In this document: positions 1 through 12,447 of the stretch, in pieces
How positions within the stretch are numbered: position 1 is the first letter of the stretch
Layout: every line of letters starts with the position of its first letter
From: Catajapyx aquilonaris
Lineage: Eukaryota
Assembly: GCA_000934665.2 (NCBI GenBank)
Contig: KZ538831.1
Coordinates: 62,001-126,000 of the forward strand
DNA length: 64,000 nucleotides
Reading direction: 5' to 3'
Notes under the pieces: model-generated
Seen by the model: the letters and a program-made list of their open reading frames with translations, nothing else
Databases searched by the model: none
What the model was told of the DNA's origin: nothing
Position numbers and translations under genes: made by a program

Positions 1-233
1 ACGGTGTTCTAGTGGTTAAATCACAGTTCGGCCAAGCGGAAAGTCGCGAGTTCGATCCCAGACTCCAACTTCGCTTGGTCGAATCTTTTTTCCGCTCTTC
101 ATCCGTCGTATCCGGGCAGACTTGCACTCCCTTGTCTGCCGAGGGTCAACAGAAAAGGTCTGGTGAGCAACAAAGAGAGAGAGTTCGAAATGACTTTAAA
201 ATAATTGGAGCATCCTCCCATGGGAACCCTCCC
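1..233 (+). mobile_element. tRNA-derived SINE, family A (diverged, no 3' tail; starts at window edge)
   Basis: A-box-like TCTAGTGGTTA and B-box GAGTTCGATCCC (48-59); colinear blocks TTTTTCCGCT, TTGCACTCCCT, AGAAAAGGTCTGGTG, GAAATGACT, GGGAACC shared with 60601-60890. Confidence 0.75.
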
Positions 234-563
234 AGTCAGTTGGAATACAGTACTCAAAGGTTTATTCGACGTAAGCTTACCTCAGATGTGGTGAAAGCAC
301 TGCCCGCTATCATCATCGTCAGAGTATGATCATAATGGCCAGTCGGTCAAAAGTGATCACTGCCAGAAATGTGTTAAGCTCGGCAATAATTCATCTAGTA
401 CAGCCTATGTCTGAATTATTTTTTTTGGTTACATATTAATCGACGGCAACATCTGGCAACACTACAAAAATATCACCGTGCATTTTGGGTTGCATCATGC
501 AAGGATGAAAAGTATCCAAATGGAAGAGTACCTTTGTTATATATTTTTCTTCTTATGAACAAA

Positions 564-869
564 CTAGCTGCGGCACCCGGCGTTGCCCGGGAAGAAATGA
601 ATGAAGGGAAAACACCTGCCAGTACCCCCGTCAACTGTCTGTCTTTCTGTGTGTCCGCCAACCAATGCCATCTGTGGTCCTTGAACCTCTCCCGCCTGTA
701 TAACAGCAATCGTCATTTGCCTGCCATCTGTAGTCAACCCCCAACACCTCCATCCTCTCCCGGCCTGGGGGTGGCGCACAGATGGCAGGCAAATGACGGT
801 TGGCAGGCGGACAGACAGACAGAGAGGCCGACAGACAGACAGACTCACAAACGGCTTTATTTATATAGA
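564..869 (-). mobile_element. Non-autonomous Helitron with (GACA)n tract
   Basis: Minus strand starts TCTATATAAATAAAG and ends CCCGGGCAACGCCGGGTGCCGCAGCTAG (GC hairpin then CTAG), sits between A and T, no TSD: canonical Helitron termini. Confidence 0.8.
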
Positions 870-1417
870 TGAAGAACAGTGTCATATATACTGTATAGGA
901 CTCTAGGCATATCTAGGTTAATTCCTATTGCCAACTCTATAAACTCTGCAAAATATTCTACCCTCCTAAAATGCAGCTTGACTCTGGTTCAATTCGTGCC
1001 AAAAAAGCGAGAAAAGGTGCTGCCTTTGTGCAAAGGAAAGGTCAAGAGATTCCAATTCATGCTCGCGAATGAAGTAGAAGCCGAGGCCGCAAAGTATAAG
1101 AGACGCGTCAGAAGCAGCGGGTCCTAACAAGCGTCTCTGGTGTAGCAGGACGCAGAGCCGAAGCTTCTTCCTAACGAGATGTACACACGCCGAGCAAACG
1201 GCAGGTCCTCCCTAGTAAAATTGCTTTATTCAAGTGACCAAGTCCCTAGGGGACATGTCTTCCTGGAGAAAATGTCTCCTTCTTACCCCCTCACGCTGTT
1301 GCTTCGTCTCGCTCGACCGCTTCCTCGCTCGGGTTGCCCTACCACACAAAAGCTTCTCAGGAAATTCGGCTAAGAAGTACAGTGTACATATAGCCACTTT
1401 TAGTCTAAAACACACTA

Positions 1418-1522
1418 TGCACGGAGACCAGTACGTACTGCACGGGGACGAGTATGTACTGGACGGAGACCAGTACGTACTGCACGGAGACCAGTACGTA
1501 CTGCACGGGGACCAGTACGTAC
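1418..1522. repeat. Minisatellite, 5 x 21 bp (TGCACGGAGACCAGTACGTAC)
   Basis: Units start at 1418, 1439, 1460, 1481, 1502. Confidence 0.95.
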
Positions 1523-2808
1523 GGGTAACGCTTGGACACAAGTTTCATCCTGTACTCATATGCAACCTCATACTTGCACAGGGTGTGACATAACATGCAG
1601 GAGCTGTGGAATATTGATTCGCAAGAGCTTATTACTCATGAAGCCATTTAATCCTGGGGCGTATAAAGACCTGTATGGGAGTGTGTGTGGGGGTGGCGTG
1701 GGTGGGGAGGGACGCAGCAGTTAGAAGGGGATAGTTGATAGTGGATGGGTCCGAACAGGGTGTTGATGCCGGTGGAATAAAAAGTAATTATGTAGCCGGA
1801 GTGGGGAGTGATTGGAGGGTATAGTACACCGAGAGCGAGCACAATGTATGCGTGGACAAAGGGCAGCAGATGGGGACTACGGACTATAATAGGCCTAGAA
1901 GGCTCGTAAATCAATCGGAGGACAATGGGAATGGCAGGCCCCATGTCCACTAGCTCGTCATTATGGCCATATTTGTACCCGCCCAAAAGGCCGCCACATT
2001 CACTATTTACTATTTTTTTTCCCACCCCCCCACATTTTCCCATAGCTGGTAGCAAGTTAGATAACCGCCTATTCACTCTATGTAGACATGTAGTATTGGC
2101 CCCCGAAATAATTATGGGAAATGTTGTCGAGTTGTTAGTCCGGTAATCGATACACGACATCTGCATTTAAACCCACCGATATTGGGATCTCTATTAGCGG
2201 CCCGTCCATGGTGGTGGGCTCTGCGTGTTTTAATCAGCGATTTAAGTGAAAGTTAGTTGGCGCACATGCCAAAAATGTTGAAGGTTTATTGGGGGTGTAG
2301 CTCACTACATCACAGGATGATGCAACGGACCGACATGTACAAGTTTCAGCAAAAAAATATATACAATGTGTCAGATATAGCACAAGAATGTGTAAGTGTG
2401 TATGACAATGCTCATAACCATTGTTTCTGTGTAGTAATCAAAATGTGCGGATTTTATCTCCCCGTTTGATATTTTTGTTTGCGGAGGAAACTGCATAATT
2501 AGATAGCTTGTTTTCAAACCCTGCTAAATCCATTTTTGTTGGAAATTAGTACCTCCCCCCCCCACACCCCGACCTTTCCCCCGCACCGTTTTTGCATATC
2601 ATTTCTCATTGCCTGTGTATTTCAGATATTTTGTCGCCTTCATGTGCAAAATATTGCACGCTACTGCACTGACGGATCATTATCGGGGATTTTTGTCGCT
2701 CCTTGAATTTGATAACGGATTACGGTGAAGTTATAGCAAAGCAGGTCGATAATGCGAAGGCCAAATTGCGGGAACATGTTGTTCAAAAGTTGTCATTTGA
2801 TACTGCAT

Positions 2809-2865
2809 AGGGTCGTATTATCTTACATGTATCAATTATTGATACATGTAAGATAATACGACCCT
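2809..2865. repeat. Perfect 57-bp palindrome (probable collapsed MITE)
   Basis: AGGGTCGTATTATCTTACATGTATCAAT-T-ATTGATACATGTAAGATAATACGACCCT. Confidence 0.9.
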
Positions 2866-5244
2866 GTCAACTTTCTGTGGTTGTGAAGGTTTTATCGTCT
2901 CAAGATATTACTTGTGGGTAGGAGTGAGTGGCTCAAGGGATTACGGAATGACTGCAACTTGTTGTCTGGACTATACACATAGTTGGATGGGTGTCCCATA
3001 TGATGGGATAGAATATCGTTTTTTTTTTTTGCGAAACTGAAGATTTCCTTCAGAAAGAATTGGGGTGTGGTTTTCCATAAATAAGATACTGTCTATAATA
3101 TGACGTCCATGTGATAGACTTGATTAGCATATAAGGTTTCCATAAGAGGTCATCAGGATCTCAAACGATTTATTGACCTAGAACAAGTCGAAAATGTAGA
3201 GATGATAAATGATGAGAGACCCGCTCTTAATGACGTAGATGTGATGTTGCATCAGTTGGAATGATAATGTCCTTACTGGCACTGTAGCACATACAGAATC
3301 TGTGGGAACGAATGCAATTGCACAAAACAGTGTGAAAGGGTAGAGGCACAAAATTTTGCCAGGGCAACGATAACCTATGCACACCCTAACAAACCGTGAA
3401 TAGTGCTCGGGCAAGTGGCGGTTGCTATAGGTAGATCATAGAAGATATTTTTAAAGGTCTACTAAATAGTTTAGAGAGTCGTCTTCTGGATAAATGATTA
3501 GGAGGAGGTTTTCCTTTTGATGAGCCACGATCACAATATATTAAATCAAGGCCGTTGTAGTACGTAGCTAACTAATTACATGTCGGGGGCCAAACAATCA
3601 ATGCATGTCAATATAGATATATATGTCATTGTATATATAGTTATCATCCTGTAGGCCTATAACTATAACTGTGGTGCTGGCCACAGGCTTCAATGGAAGT
3701 GATATCACAGAAAGGATATGTCGGAAACGCCAAATAAGACACAAAATATTACATTAGGCTATAAAATACCATAGAAAACAATGGACATGCCTCAGAATTA
3801 GCTTAATATAAGTGGAATAACGGATGTTAATTGAATGTGTAATTGTGCTGTGAACTGTGATATTATGGCCACTGATTACCCCTTACGCCAGAATATGTCG
3901 TGATGGTTAACATACATTTATGCACATGTAATAAATCATACTCAACTAACAGCTCAACTGATCAAAAAATCATGGGCATACAACGGAAACACAATAAGTA
4001 ATTTAAAAAAAAAAAACAGTTTCGAGATTTGATCTTGCACTTTGCCACATTCTAATAAATGCAGGAAAATTTGGCTTTCTGGCTATAATGAATGTTTCGG
4101 ATTAAATGGAACTCAACGGGCGATAGTGGTGCAAATAACTAAAAACTTCCAAAATTTGACTAAATTGATTTCTCTTGTACTCCCACAATGTGCATGTTGC
4201 CTGTCCTCAACACAGGACCAGCATGAGTGGAACACACCCTCATCACACAGCTCTATGTGGTTGCCTGACTTTGACCACAGCATTATTCGGTGTCATACCC
4301 TGTGTCACTACAAGAGTTAGCGACGGACAATATTACGTGGCGTATGTGGGTTTGGGGTAGCTTATGAGTCCTGGAGTCAGTGATAGGATTATAGAGTTTG
4401 ATAGGAGCGATAATGCGGATGAAGGCGACAATGAGGGGCCGAGGAAATATCGGTGGGCGGGCGTCGGCAGCAGAAACAGCGTCATCTCCATTATGGAAGT
4501 GGCGCCGTCCTGATTGAGCCGTTAGCTCCGTAACGTTGTAAACAACGCCTTTCTTCCTTGTTTTCCTTTAAGCCTGGCACTCACTTCACCGGGGATATTT
4601 CCTCTTCCTTCCTTCCCCTCTTATTTTCTTCCCCTTCCTTAAGCGGGATGAGAGCCGGCGGAAGTGACCAAGTCACGTGTCCTGGGGAAAAAAGGAATTA
4701 GTCTCCGTGACTGTTTACTTCTCTCCTGGAAATTGTAATGGGTGGTAGAGCCTACCTAGCCAGGTACCAGGGGAGTAGGCCTGGCTGCTCTTCCCTTGCT
4801 GTTGCTGCCTACAATATTGTAGAATGCGCATCGGGAAAGTAGAGCGAATTTGCAGAGAGTGGTTTTGGGAGGGCAGGTCTGGCTCGGATTGCCGGGAAAA
4901 TTGCATCAAGGCTGTAACAAGAGCTGGGAATAAATCCTACTTAAGGTTAAGTGGATGGGTAGCTCACTCAGTTCGGCTCGGGCTCAGCAAGTTCCACCAC
5001 CAGCAGATACGCACCTTGTATGATACACTCTCCTATGCTTTCACGCGTATCTGACCATTAGAACGGGCCAGGCACGCATACCCGAGGTTATACAGGGTGT
5101 TTTATAACGTGGGGGAACTATATGGTTACTTTATGTAGAGAGGTCATTTGGTGTCCGAAGCTTCGTTACTGAGATAATATTGTTCTTAATTAAATGTGTG
5201 AGTTCTGACATCTTCTCCAAATCTTCTGGAGTGTGGTCCTATAA

Positions 5245-5787
5245 GGCCGGGCGCAAACGGGGGAGTTCGGGAGAAACTTATTGTCCATACTATCGGGTTC
5301 AAATACTTTTGGCCACTTTATCCTGATCTTGAAGCAAACACACACACCTTGTTAACGTGGGGTCTGTGCGAAGGGTTGCTTCAAGATCAGGATTAAAGTG
5401 GCCAACAGTATTTGAACCCGATAGTACATCCAGCCGGGATGCATACAGCGCGTGGGCCGGGGATCACCGCCTGCCAGGAGACCGGTTTCTTGCACGGGAG
5501 AAACTTATCGCCTCCAAGTTGTCACCATCCAAGTTTTGCACCCGGCCGGCGCAAATGAGGAAATTTGGAAGCAACTTATTGCCTGCCCACCCACCCAGGA
5601 CTGCACAGCGCATGCGCTCTTCTGGGGCAGTGAGCGAGTGCAGATTTCTTGATGGTAAGAAATTTGGAGCCGATCTGGACGTGCTGGGTTGGGCCGAGAC
5701 ACTTGTATCCTCTAGCGGGCAACATGAATACTTGGATATGTGCGTGCAAGTTGCCTCCCTCCCACATTTCCTCATTTGCGGCGGGCC
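5245..5787. mobile_element. PIF/Harbinger-like MITE
   Basis: TIRs GGCCGGGCGCAAA / TTTGCGGCGGGCC flanked by TAA on both sides; internal repeats GGGAGAAACTT and CCGGCGCAAATGAGGAAAT. Confidence 0.65.
5290..5424. mobile_element. Palindromic MITE with TA TSD (copy 1)
   Basis: ~48-bp TIRs CTATCGGGTTCAAATA...CTTGAAGCAA; TA on both sides; second copy at 62049-62170 in opposite orientation. Confidence 0.85.
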
Positions 5788-5805
5788 TAATATACAGTAC
5801 ATGTT

Positions 5806-5928
5806 GCCAATAACCAGTTTATTCAGACTAGCCTCGGCTGGGGCTGCCACACGACTAATTACAGCTCGAAGCCTCCATCCAATCCCACTCCCATGCACGC
5901 CGTCTCTTGGCAAAACTGTCAACTCGTA
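5806..5928 (-). mobile_element. Solo-LTR-like element, partial copy
   Basis: Reverse complement aligns with 36725-36835 (CGAGTTG.CAG.TTT.CCAAGAGA.GGCGTG ... AGTCGTG ... CGAGGCTAGTCT). Confidence 0.65.
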
Positions 5929-7183
5929 ACCCGATCTTGTTGAGGGATGTCACAAAGGAAAGGTATCTTGAAAAACAAATACCCGCTAGAATAGTTGATA
6001 CCTTGTATTTTCAGCCCATTATCTCAGTAACGAGGCTTCGAACACAAAAAGTCTACTTGTTCGCAAAAAGTTCACTTTGTTGGTATTATTTCGAAACGCC
6101 TTATACTATACGCGGAGTAAAAATGGAGGAGCGTACGTATCACTTTTCTTGGCTGCAATAGCAAGACGCCCCATCGAGGGCTTGTTTTGACATCATTAGT
6201 GGCTATTGAAGAGCAAATGAACCTCCCACCGTTTGCTTTTGGACCCCCCCGTACTTGGACAAGAAAGTCTCTTTAGCTCTTTTCCATTACTTCCAATGCT
6301 ATTCTTAACAAACTATAGGCCACTTTTGGTTCTATCGGCTTTGCTGGCCCTTGAGAGAAGAAATGAACATGGAGCAAGCAATTTCAATATCTCGATTCCT
6401 GGGCTACTATTATAATAGGCTGCATAGGAGCATTCATCTGGACAGAAATGAGCTTTAAAGTGCAAATTGAGTTCTAGCCCAAAATAATTATAGGAAAGTA
6501 TACTGTAAGTGACAGCAGTTAATTCGAATGTTGGAATCGGACTTGGAATGTGCACAGTACCCGCCAGGTGATGTCAAGAAAGCAGTACTAGAATAATGGA
6601 CCCAGTTGGGCAAGAGTCGACTGCGGAACACTGCAGGCACAATGTAGATAGAGAAGGCTCAGCACTTTCAGGGAGGAAGAGAAGGGAAGTAGGAAAGAGG
6701 AAAAAGGCAGACAGGAGCAATTTGATCGTGGAAACACATGAAATTCCCTTAATCTAAGCTGTCAGATGCAGAAACGAGCTTGTTAATGGAAAAGTGATTG
6801 CAATCGAAAGCGTTTAGGGCTCCATATTGAAGGGCTGATTGTGCCACTGTACCGGGGCATTATTGGATTGTAATTTCCACGACCATTCATGTGCTATGTG
6901 CCAAAGCACTCTTCTCCGATGAAATTAATTTTCCTTGAAAGAGGAACTGATTTCTCTCAGGAAACAGCCCCCAATGTTTCATTTTGTGCCGGTGCGGTAG
7001 GTAATGCTCGCTCCACAATTTTAGACGCGACCCAGCGAACACTCCGCAACCCTCGGTTAACTAAGCGGAAAAATAATGCGAATCAATAATGCAGTCTGAC
7101 ACGTATTGTTAATAATTGAATACCTGAATTACAGAGTGGCCAGGTATGAAGGTTTCATTATGTTTATTTTCTTTAATAATATA

Positions 7184-7377
7184 CCGTCATTTGGGCTGAG
7201 ATTGTGTCAGATGGGGTGAGATTGTGCCAGCTGATTTTTGGACAACAGTGGCATCATGAGTAAACTAGAGTATCTAGGCATGTTTCACCACACTGAGGGA
7301 TGGTCATTGGCAAGAATTAGTAAAAATCGCGATAGGACGCAATGTTGTCCAAAACACAATCTTACCCCAATTGACGG
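7184..7377. mobile_element. TA-flanked MITE (TIR CCGTCAATTGGGG), copy 1
   Basis: TA-CCGTCATTTGGGCTGAGATTG ... CAATCTTACCCCAATTGACGG-TA; homologous to 51261-51630. Confidence 0.8.
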
Positions 7378-7463
7378 TACTCTAGTAGTATGCAATGGGG
7401 TATAAAACCACTTCGGTACTCCGGTGTACACCTGCAGAGGTACTCCCATGTACGTATCTTAGG

Positions 7464-7656
7464 CAGTGGCGTAGGCAGGGGCAAATAGCATTAGAAATTA
7501 CTAATTCATAATTTTTTTTGGAAAAATGCTACCACATTCACCTAAGCTCGTGTGACCTAGAACCCCCCCCCCCCCCATCAGTTGCTCTGTACGGCTTGTT
7601 CACCTAGTGCTTATTAAATGGGGCCCCCTCCGAAACTTTTTCTGCATACGCGCCTG
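7464..7656. mobile_element. Possible hAT/P-like MITE
   Basis: Ends CAGTGGCGTA / TACGCGCCTG; flanks TCTTAGG / CCTTAGG look like a 7-bp TSD with one mismatch. Confidence 0.45.
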
Positions 7657-8872
7657 CCTTAGGTACCTTCCTCTTTGGTACTCCTTGAATTTGGTACCCC
7701 ATTGTACACTTTACAGTCGAGTGGTTAACCCCTTGGTAGTATGTTGTGGCATATATACTGTTCCAGCTTCATTGCAAAGTCTAGGTTTAATGTGAATCGC
7801 AGCAGTATTTTCACCACCAGGCCATACGATGTCAAGGAAGAAGAAATAGGTAGAGCATCCCTGCGATTGGAGCAGGCAGGTTCTTCATGAATCTAAGCGA
7901 TAGGTAGAGTATCTAAAGGCGAAGTATACAACGTGGAAGCCTCCTCCTCCTCTGAAGAAAGTGGGTCCAGCAGAGTAGTGAGCTGGTCTTGGCATAGGTT
8001 CTGGATGCGGCTGAATGCCGCTGCAAGTGATTTGTTGGTAGGCAAGCGCAGGCCAGAAACGAATGGCCCCTAGAACTTGGCGGCTCCTAATGAAAGGGAC
8101 GATATTCGTCTAATACGGCGACTAAGCCAAAGAGAGAAAGCTGTGGCGACTCGAGTCCGGATCATAAATCCCCATCTGGACCTTTACACCTCGCCCGAGA
8201 AAATTTGGATCCCATCCAGAAAAGTGAGCCGGCTGCGAGAAAAATGGACTTCCTGGAGACTTCCTTTTCTGAGATCACCAGCAAGGAATCATCTGCCGCC
8301 ACTGCAGACCCCTGTGCCGCCGATGCCACTGCCTGTATGGGAGGGGGTACCTATATACAGAAGAGACTGAGAGAGAGGAGGGTGTAAGCCAAGCTTTCCC
8401 CATCCTTCTTTTTACAGCAAAGAGGAAATGGAGTGTGTACATATCCCCAGCTCCACAATCTAAAACCCTCCGATTGAAATTGATCAAGTGGAAAGTACAC
8501 TTAGTTTCCTGAAAGCATACGCAACTTTCCAAACTTTCATATTATGCTCTAAAGGATGGATACTTGAAAGAGAACTGGGGGGGTGGAGGATTTTGGGAGG
8601 CTCTCTGTTTCTTCTCTCAGGCTTCTTCCTTCTTTGCTATTGGAGGAGACTAAGACGCTTGCGGAATTAAAATTTTCTTTGCTTGCAATTACTTGAGAAT
8701 TACAGAATCCTTAATGCTCTACCTTTTTGTAGAAGAATGAAACTTTGATGTACACAACAGATGGAAAGTTTCTACATATGCTGAAATTGTGGTGTATGTT
8801 ACATTAGATGTCTCACGCTAGGGGATTCGTGGGTCGATTTTAGTTATCACTGATATCGCTCGAAGTAGTTAA

Positions 8873-9131
8873 AAAAAATACCCTGGTCTAAGAGCCTTTG
8901 GCTCACTTAGGGGGGTTTACCACCCTTGCATTGGATAGGGCCAGGGATAGGGAAGGAAGGAAGCGGCTGTGGCCGAGAAACGACCCCGGAATTGTCCGGG
9001 GGGGGGGGGGGNGGGGGGGGACCATGGAAAACCACAGAAAACCATGGTCAGGGTCGCCGGCCCCGGGATTCGAACCCAGGACATCCCGATTAGCAGGCGG
9101 GCTCCTTATCCCATACACCAACCTGCTTAGG
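8873..9131 (-). mobile_element. tRNA-derived SINE, family B
   Basis: B-box GGGTTCGAATCCC on minus strand; core GGTTTTCTGTGGTTT...GGCCACAGCCGCTTCCTTCC; perfect 17-bp TSD TCGCTCGAAGTAGTTAA (8856-8872, 9132-9148). Confidence 0.9.
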
Positions 9132-9156
9132 TCGCTCGAAGTAGTTAATTTTGTGT

Positions 9157-9218
9157 GTTTCCCGCCAAAAGGGCTCTGCCCTACAACGGGGTAACTTAAA
9201 TAAAAATAAATAAATAAA
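9157..9218 (+). mobile_element. 5'-truncated SINE/LINE 3' tail only
   Basis: AAAAGGGCTCTGCCCTACAACGGGGTAA+(TAAA)n matches the 3' end of 60601-60890; TSD AGTTAATTTTGTGT / AGTTATTTTTGTGT. Confidence 0.75.
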
Positions 9219-9375
9219 AGTTATTTTTGTGTAGCTTGTTGTTCCCCGATCCAGGTGCCCCATTACTCTCAGGTGGCTGGATCGGGGAACAACAAGATAC
9301 AAAAAAATAACAGCTTCGAGCGAAATTTTCCTACAACTAAAAGACCACACGAACTTGGAACACCCTGTATAGGCC

Positions 9376-9641
9376 ACAGTAGTATTGGTTTTCTTTTTAC
9401 GGGCACACTCCGGATATAGTAGACCAGAGTCCCACGCCAGATGATCCCTGACCGTCCCTGACGTATTTTAACGACTTTTAACGTCAATTTCACGTCAAGA
9501 AGCGCAACGTACCGTTGAGACGATAGTTTGACATGAAATTGACGTTAAAAGTCGTTAAAAGAACGTCAGGAATAATCTGGCGTGGGACACTGGTCTGCTA
9601 TATCCGAAGTGTGCAAGTAAAAAGAAAACCAATACTATTGT
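9376..9641. mobile_element. Foldback MITE with ~120-bp inverted arms
   Basis: ACAGTAGTATTGGTTTTCTTTTTAC...TTTTAACGACTTTTAACGTCAATTTCA mirrored by TGAAATTGACGTTAAAAGTCGTTAAAA...GTAAAAAGAAAACCAATACTATTGT. Confidence 0.85.
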
Positions 9642-9681
9642 CCACAATGAAAAGGTGTATTTTAAATAACAATATATTGAC

Positions 9682-9988
9682 CTCACCGAAGCAGAGGTAG
9701 CGGAGGGGATATGGTATCTGACTGCTAATCGGAAGGTCCTGGGTTCGAATCCCGGTCCCGCCGACCCTGACCGTGGTTTTCTGTGGTTTCCCATGATCTC
9801 ACCAGGAAAATTCCGGGGTAGTGTCCGTAATTATAGGCCACAGCCGCTTCCTTCCGTCCCTATCCCATCCCCATATACGAGAAGTAAAAACGAAAGCAAG
9901 AGTTCCAGATAATTAAAAAATATGGTGGTATCCCACCCCCTAAGAGGGCCAATGGCTCTAGCACGGGGTACAAATTATTATTATTAAT
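9682..9988 (+). mobile_element. tRNA-derived SINE, family B
   Basis: B-box GGGTTCGAATCCC, family B core, (ATT)n tail, 11-bp TSD AATATATTGAC (9671-9681, 9989-9999). Confidence 0.9.
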
Positions 9989-10721
9989 AATATATTGACA
10001 TCTGCTTAATCCGAACCATTTTGTCAGAATCAGGATACTGCACATTCCCACCTTTAATCACTGGTCACAATACGAGCGGACAATATTGCGCCAAAAGTAA
10101 TTTTGTGTTCATTGCACAAAGAGTGGGCAACACAAGGGTCGAACAGCCACGTGCAGGTTGCCTACCCACAAATCACGAGGAGAAAGCCCCAACTGTCTCC
10201 TTCTCACAAAGAGGAGACTTTATGATGGTATCGAGTGGTGTTACAAGTGTGGCTGGTGGCCCAGAAAAAAAAACAACATATAATATAAACTAGCACAGCA
10301 GCTAGGAGGTGGAGGGGGACAGAGGGGGGTGTAGTAGTAGCTGTGGGAAAAAACCGGGCTGTTGCGGGTTTCGGTTTTTTGGGGAGAGAACGCCTGGCAC
10401 TCCTCTCATAAATGGCGATTTATTTACTGGGAAAATTGCCACAGTCTGCAGGAGGCGTCCTAGTGTCCTGTCCGAGTTCGTTATACTTTGACAGGAGATG
10501 TGGAATGCCGGCCACGTAAATGCAGCACCCACGTTTGGTGCGTCGACTGATGTGGTTTACACTGGTTGACAGCTGATTATTAAATTCATGATGCGCAATT
10601 AAAGTTGGTGGAAAGTTATGCCGCGGTACGCAAGTGGTGCGTTATATGGAGCATAATAAAAAGGACAGGATTTTTTTTAAAAAAAATTGGAGCACCTATT
10701 GGAAGCATGGAGGGTGATATA

Positions 10722-11032
10722 CAGGGTGTTTCAACTTCTTTGTCCGAACAGTTATCGGAAAATTGCATGTAGCTGCTACTTTGTAAGCAGTGACTTGCAA
10801 CCGGTGATTTGTCGGAGGAATGGGGAATGGGGAAAGAGAGGGTCACAAATCCCATGTCATATGTGACCCTCTTTTTTCCAGGCTTGACCCTCAATTTTCA
10901 GCGGTATGCCACTTCAACCTACGATTCCCCGTTCCTCCGAAAAAAATCTCCGTTTGAAAGTCACTGCTTACAAAGTAGCAGCTACGTGCAATTTTCCGAT
11001 AACTGTTCGGACAAAAAAGTTGAAACACCCTG
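10722..11032. mobile_element. Tc1/mariner-like MITE (TIR CAGGGTGTTTCA), copy 1
   Basis: ~100-bp TIRs; TA at left; similar copy in opposite orientation at 17991-18300. Confidence 0.9.
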
Positions 11033-12447
11033 GTAGTTTGGTATTACTGTACTTCAGGTCAAAACATGCTAAACCTAATATGGATATGTATAGCCGTGTA
11101 TTACACCAAACATTGGACTACAAGTGAAGACCTCGGGGGAAGAACGATCAAGGTCCACTTTTTGCCAAAAATAATACATATATCTCAGAAGATAGTTTCA
11201 CGAGCATAGAATATGATGGTTTGGTCGTGGTTGTGGAGTAATGATCATAGGTCACTTTGGAAGGCCTCGAAAGTGGGACTTACAATAGAACCTTGTGGGC
11301 CTTCGAAACTTGAAATTTATATATCTCAGTTTCACCTGAGGTGGACCTTGATCGTCCCCCCCCCTCCCCAGGCCTTCAAGTGGTTTCAATTCCGACACAG
11401 CTTTTCCAAAATCGAGTGACAGTATTTTGTTGTGTTCTATCCACTTTGGAGTTAGAAGTAGGAAGCGTGAGTGCGTACGCAACAGGTGATGTCTGCTTGT
11501 TTTTATTTGATCGGCCGAGATCGCCGGGAAAGAAAATTCGGAACAAACTACAAGTTGGAAAATTTGAAAGGATGTCTGATCTAAATTCTGCAAATTTTAT
11601 AGCGTGATATGAATTTATTGTAACTTATTTTTTGGGGGACGAACTTTTTGATTACGGGGAAGGAATTTATGGTTGGCTCTTTTTGGAAGTACATCAGGAA
11701 GAACTTTGACAACCTGGAAATGACTCATTAATTACCTTTACTAGGCCTACTCGTAAAAGCCATGCATAAGTTTGGGTTAGCAAACTGATTGTCTGTTAGC
11801 GTGTTGTGAGGAGGCGGAACTAATCTAATAACTTATCCGATAACCCGGATATAGTTCGAGGAGGTGGATATAGGGTGAGGGTAGAACCTGGCCATATGGA
11901 AATATGATTGAGAGGTAGGGCTGAATAGGCTCATGCCTCATACTAAATTAACTACAGGAATAGGTTCGAATAATACAAATTTTTAATGAAATTATACTAG
12001 AGTTTGTGAGTTTCCTGGAAATGCTGTGCAGTATTGTAAAGACCAAGTATTGAAGGATTTTTGTTCGTTATTAACAAAAGTGCAGTTATATAAGAGACAT
12101 GTGCATTATCATATTATCATATAAGGTACCGGTATTTGCATAAAACACTCTAGGTCTAGGTGAATAATAACGTAAAATTACAATGGCGTATTTAAACAAA
12201 GTGTACTCATCAAGCCCACATACCGTAAACTGTGCATATGATAATGGTCACAGAAAATAATAATGTAGTTCAGTCATGCCTAAAAATAAATCAAATGTTT
12301 GCACTTTAAAAGTTAACACTATCGTCATAATTCGAATATTTGAAAAATTAACTCTCAGTTTTCCTTCATAAATAGGTAAACTTTCAATTTGTATTATTTA
12401 AATGCATGATGTCACTGGGAAAATCAGTTTATATAGTCCAGGCCCTA

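Larger units (their letters stand above)
5093..6103. mobile_element. Old Tc1/mariner-like MITE hosting nested insertions
   Basis: TA-CAGGGTGTTT left end, degenerate right end AAACGCCTTA-TA; subterminal inverted match 5151-5178 vs 6018-6045 (26/28). Confidence 0.6.
8826..9367. mobile_element. Foldback Tc1/mariner-like MITE; left arm interrupted by two retroinsertions
   Basis: Right end GAACACCCTG-TA; perfect 20-bp inner stem 9235-9254 / 9277-9296; left arm TCGCTCGAAGTAGTTA matches right arm TAACAGCTTCGAGCGA once inserts are removed. Confidence 0.7.

Noticed and set aside
1230..1596. ORFs with HGDQYVL / STYWSPC repeats
   Set aside because: By-product of a 21-bp minisatellite, open on both strands
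4640..4690. GCGGAAGTG plus GTCACGTG (ETS + E-box) promoter-like pair
   Set aside because: Short motifs with no associated exon or transcript evidence
5357..5929. 190-aa and 152-aa overlapping ORFs
   Set aside because: Cross the boundaries of nested MITEs and an LTR fragment; no recognisable domain
9682..9760. Intact tRNA genes at the A/B-box sites
   Set aside because: No full cloverleaf; each continues into a repeated body with tail and TSD, so these are SINE heads
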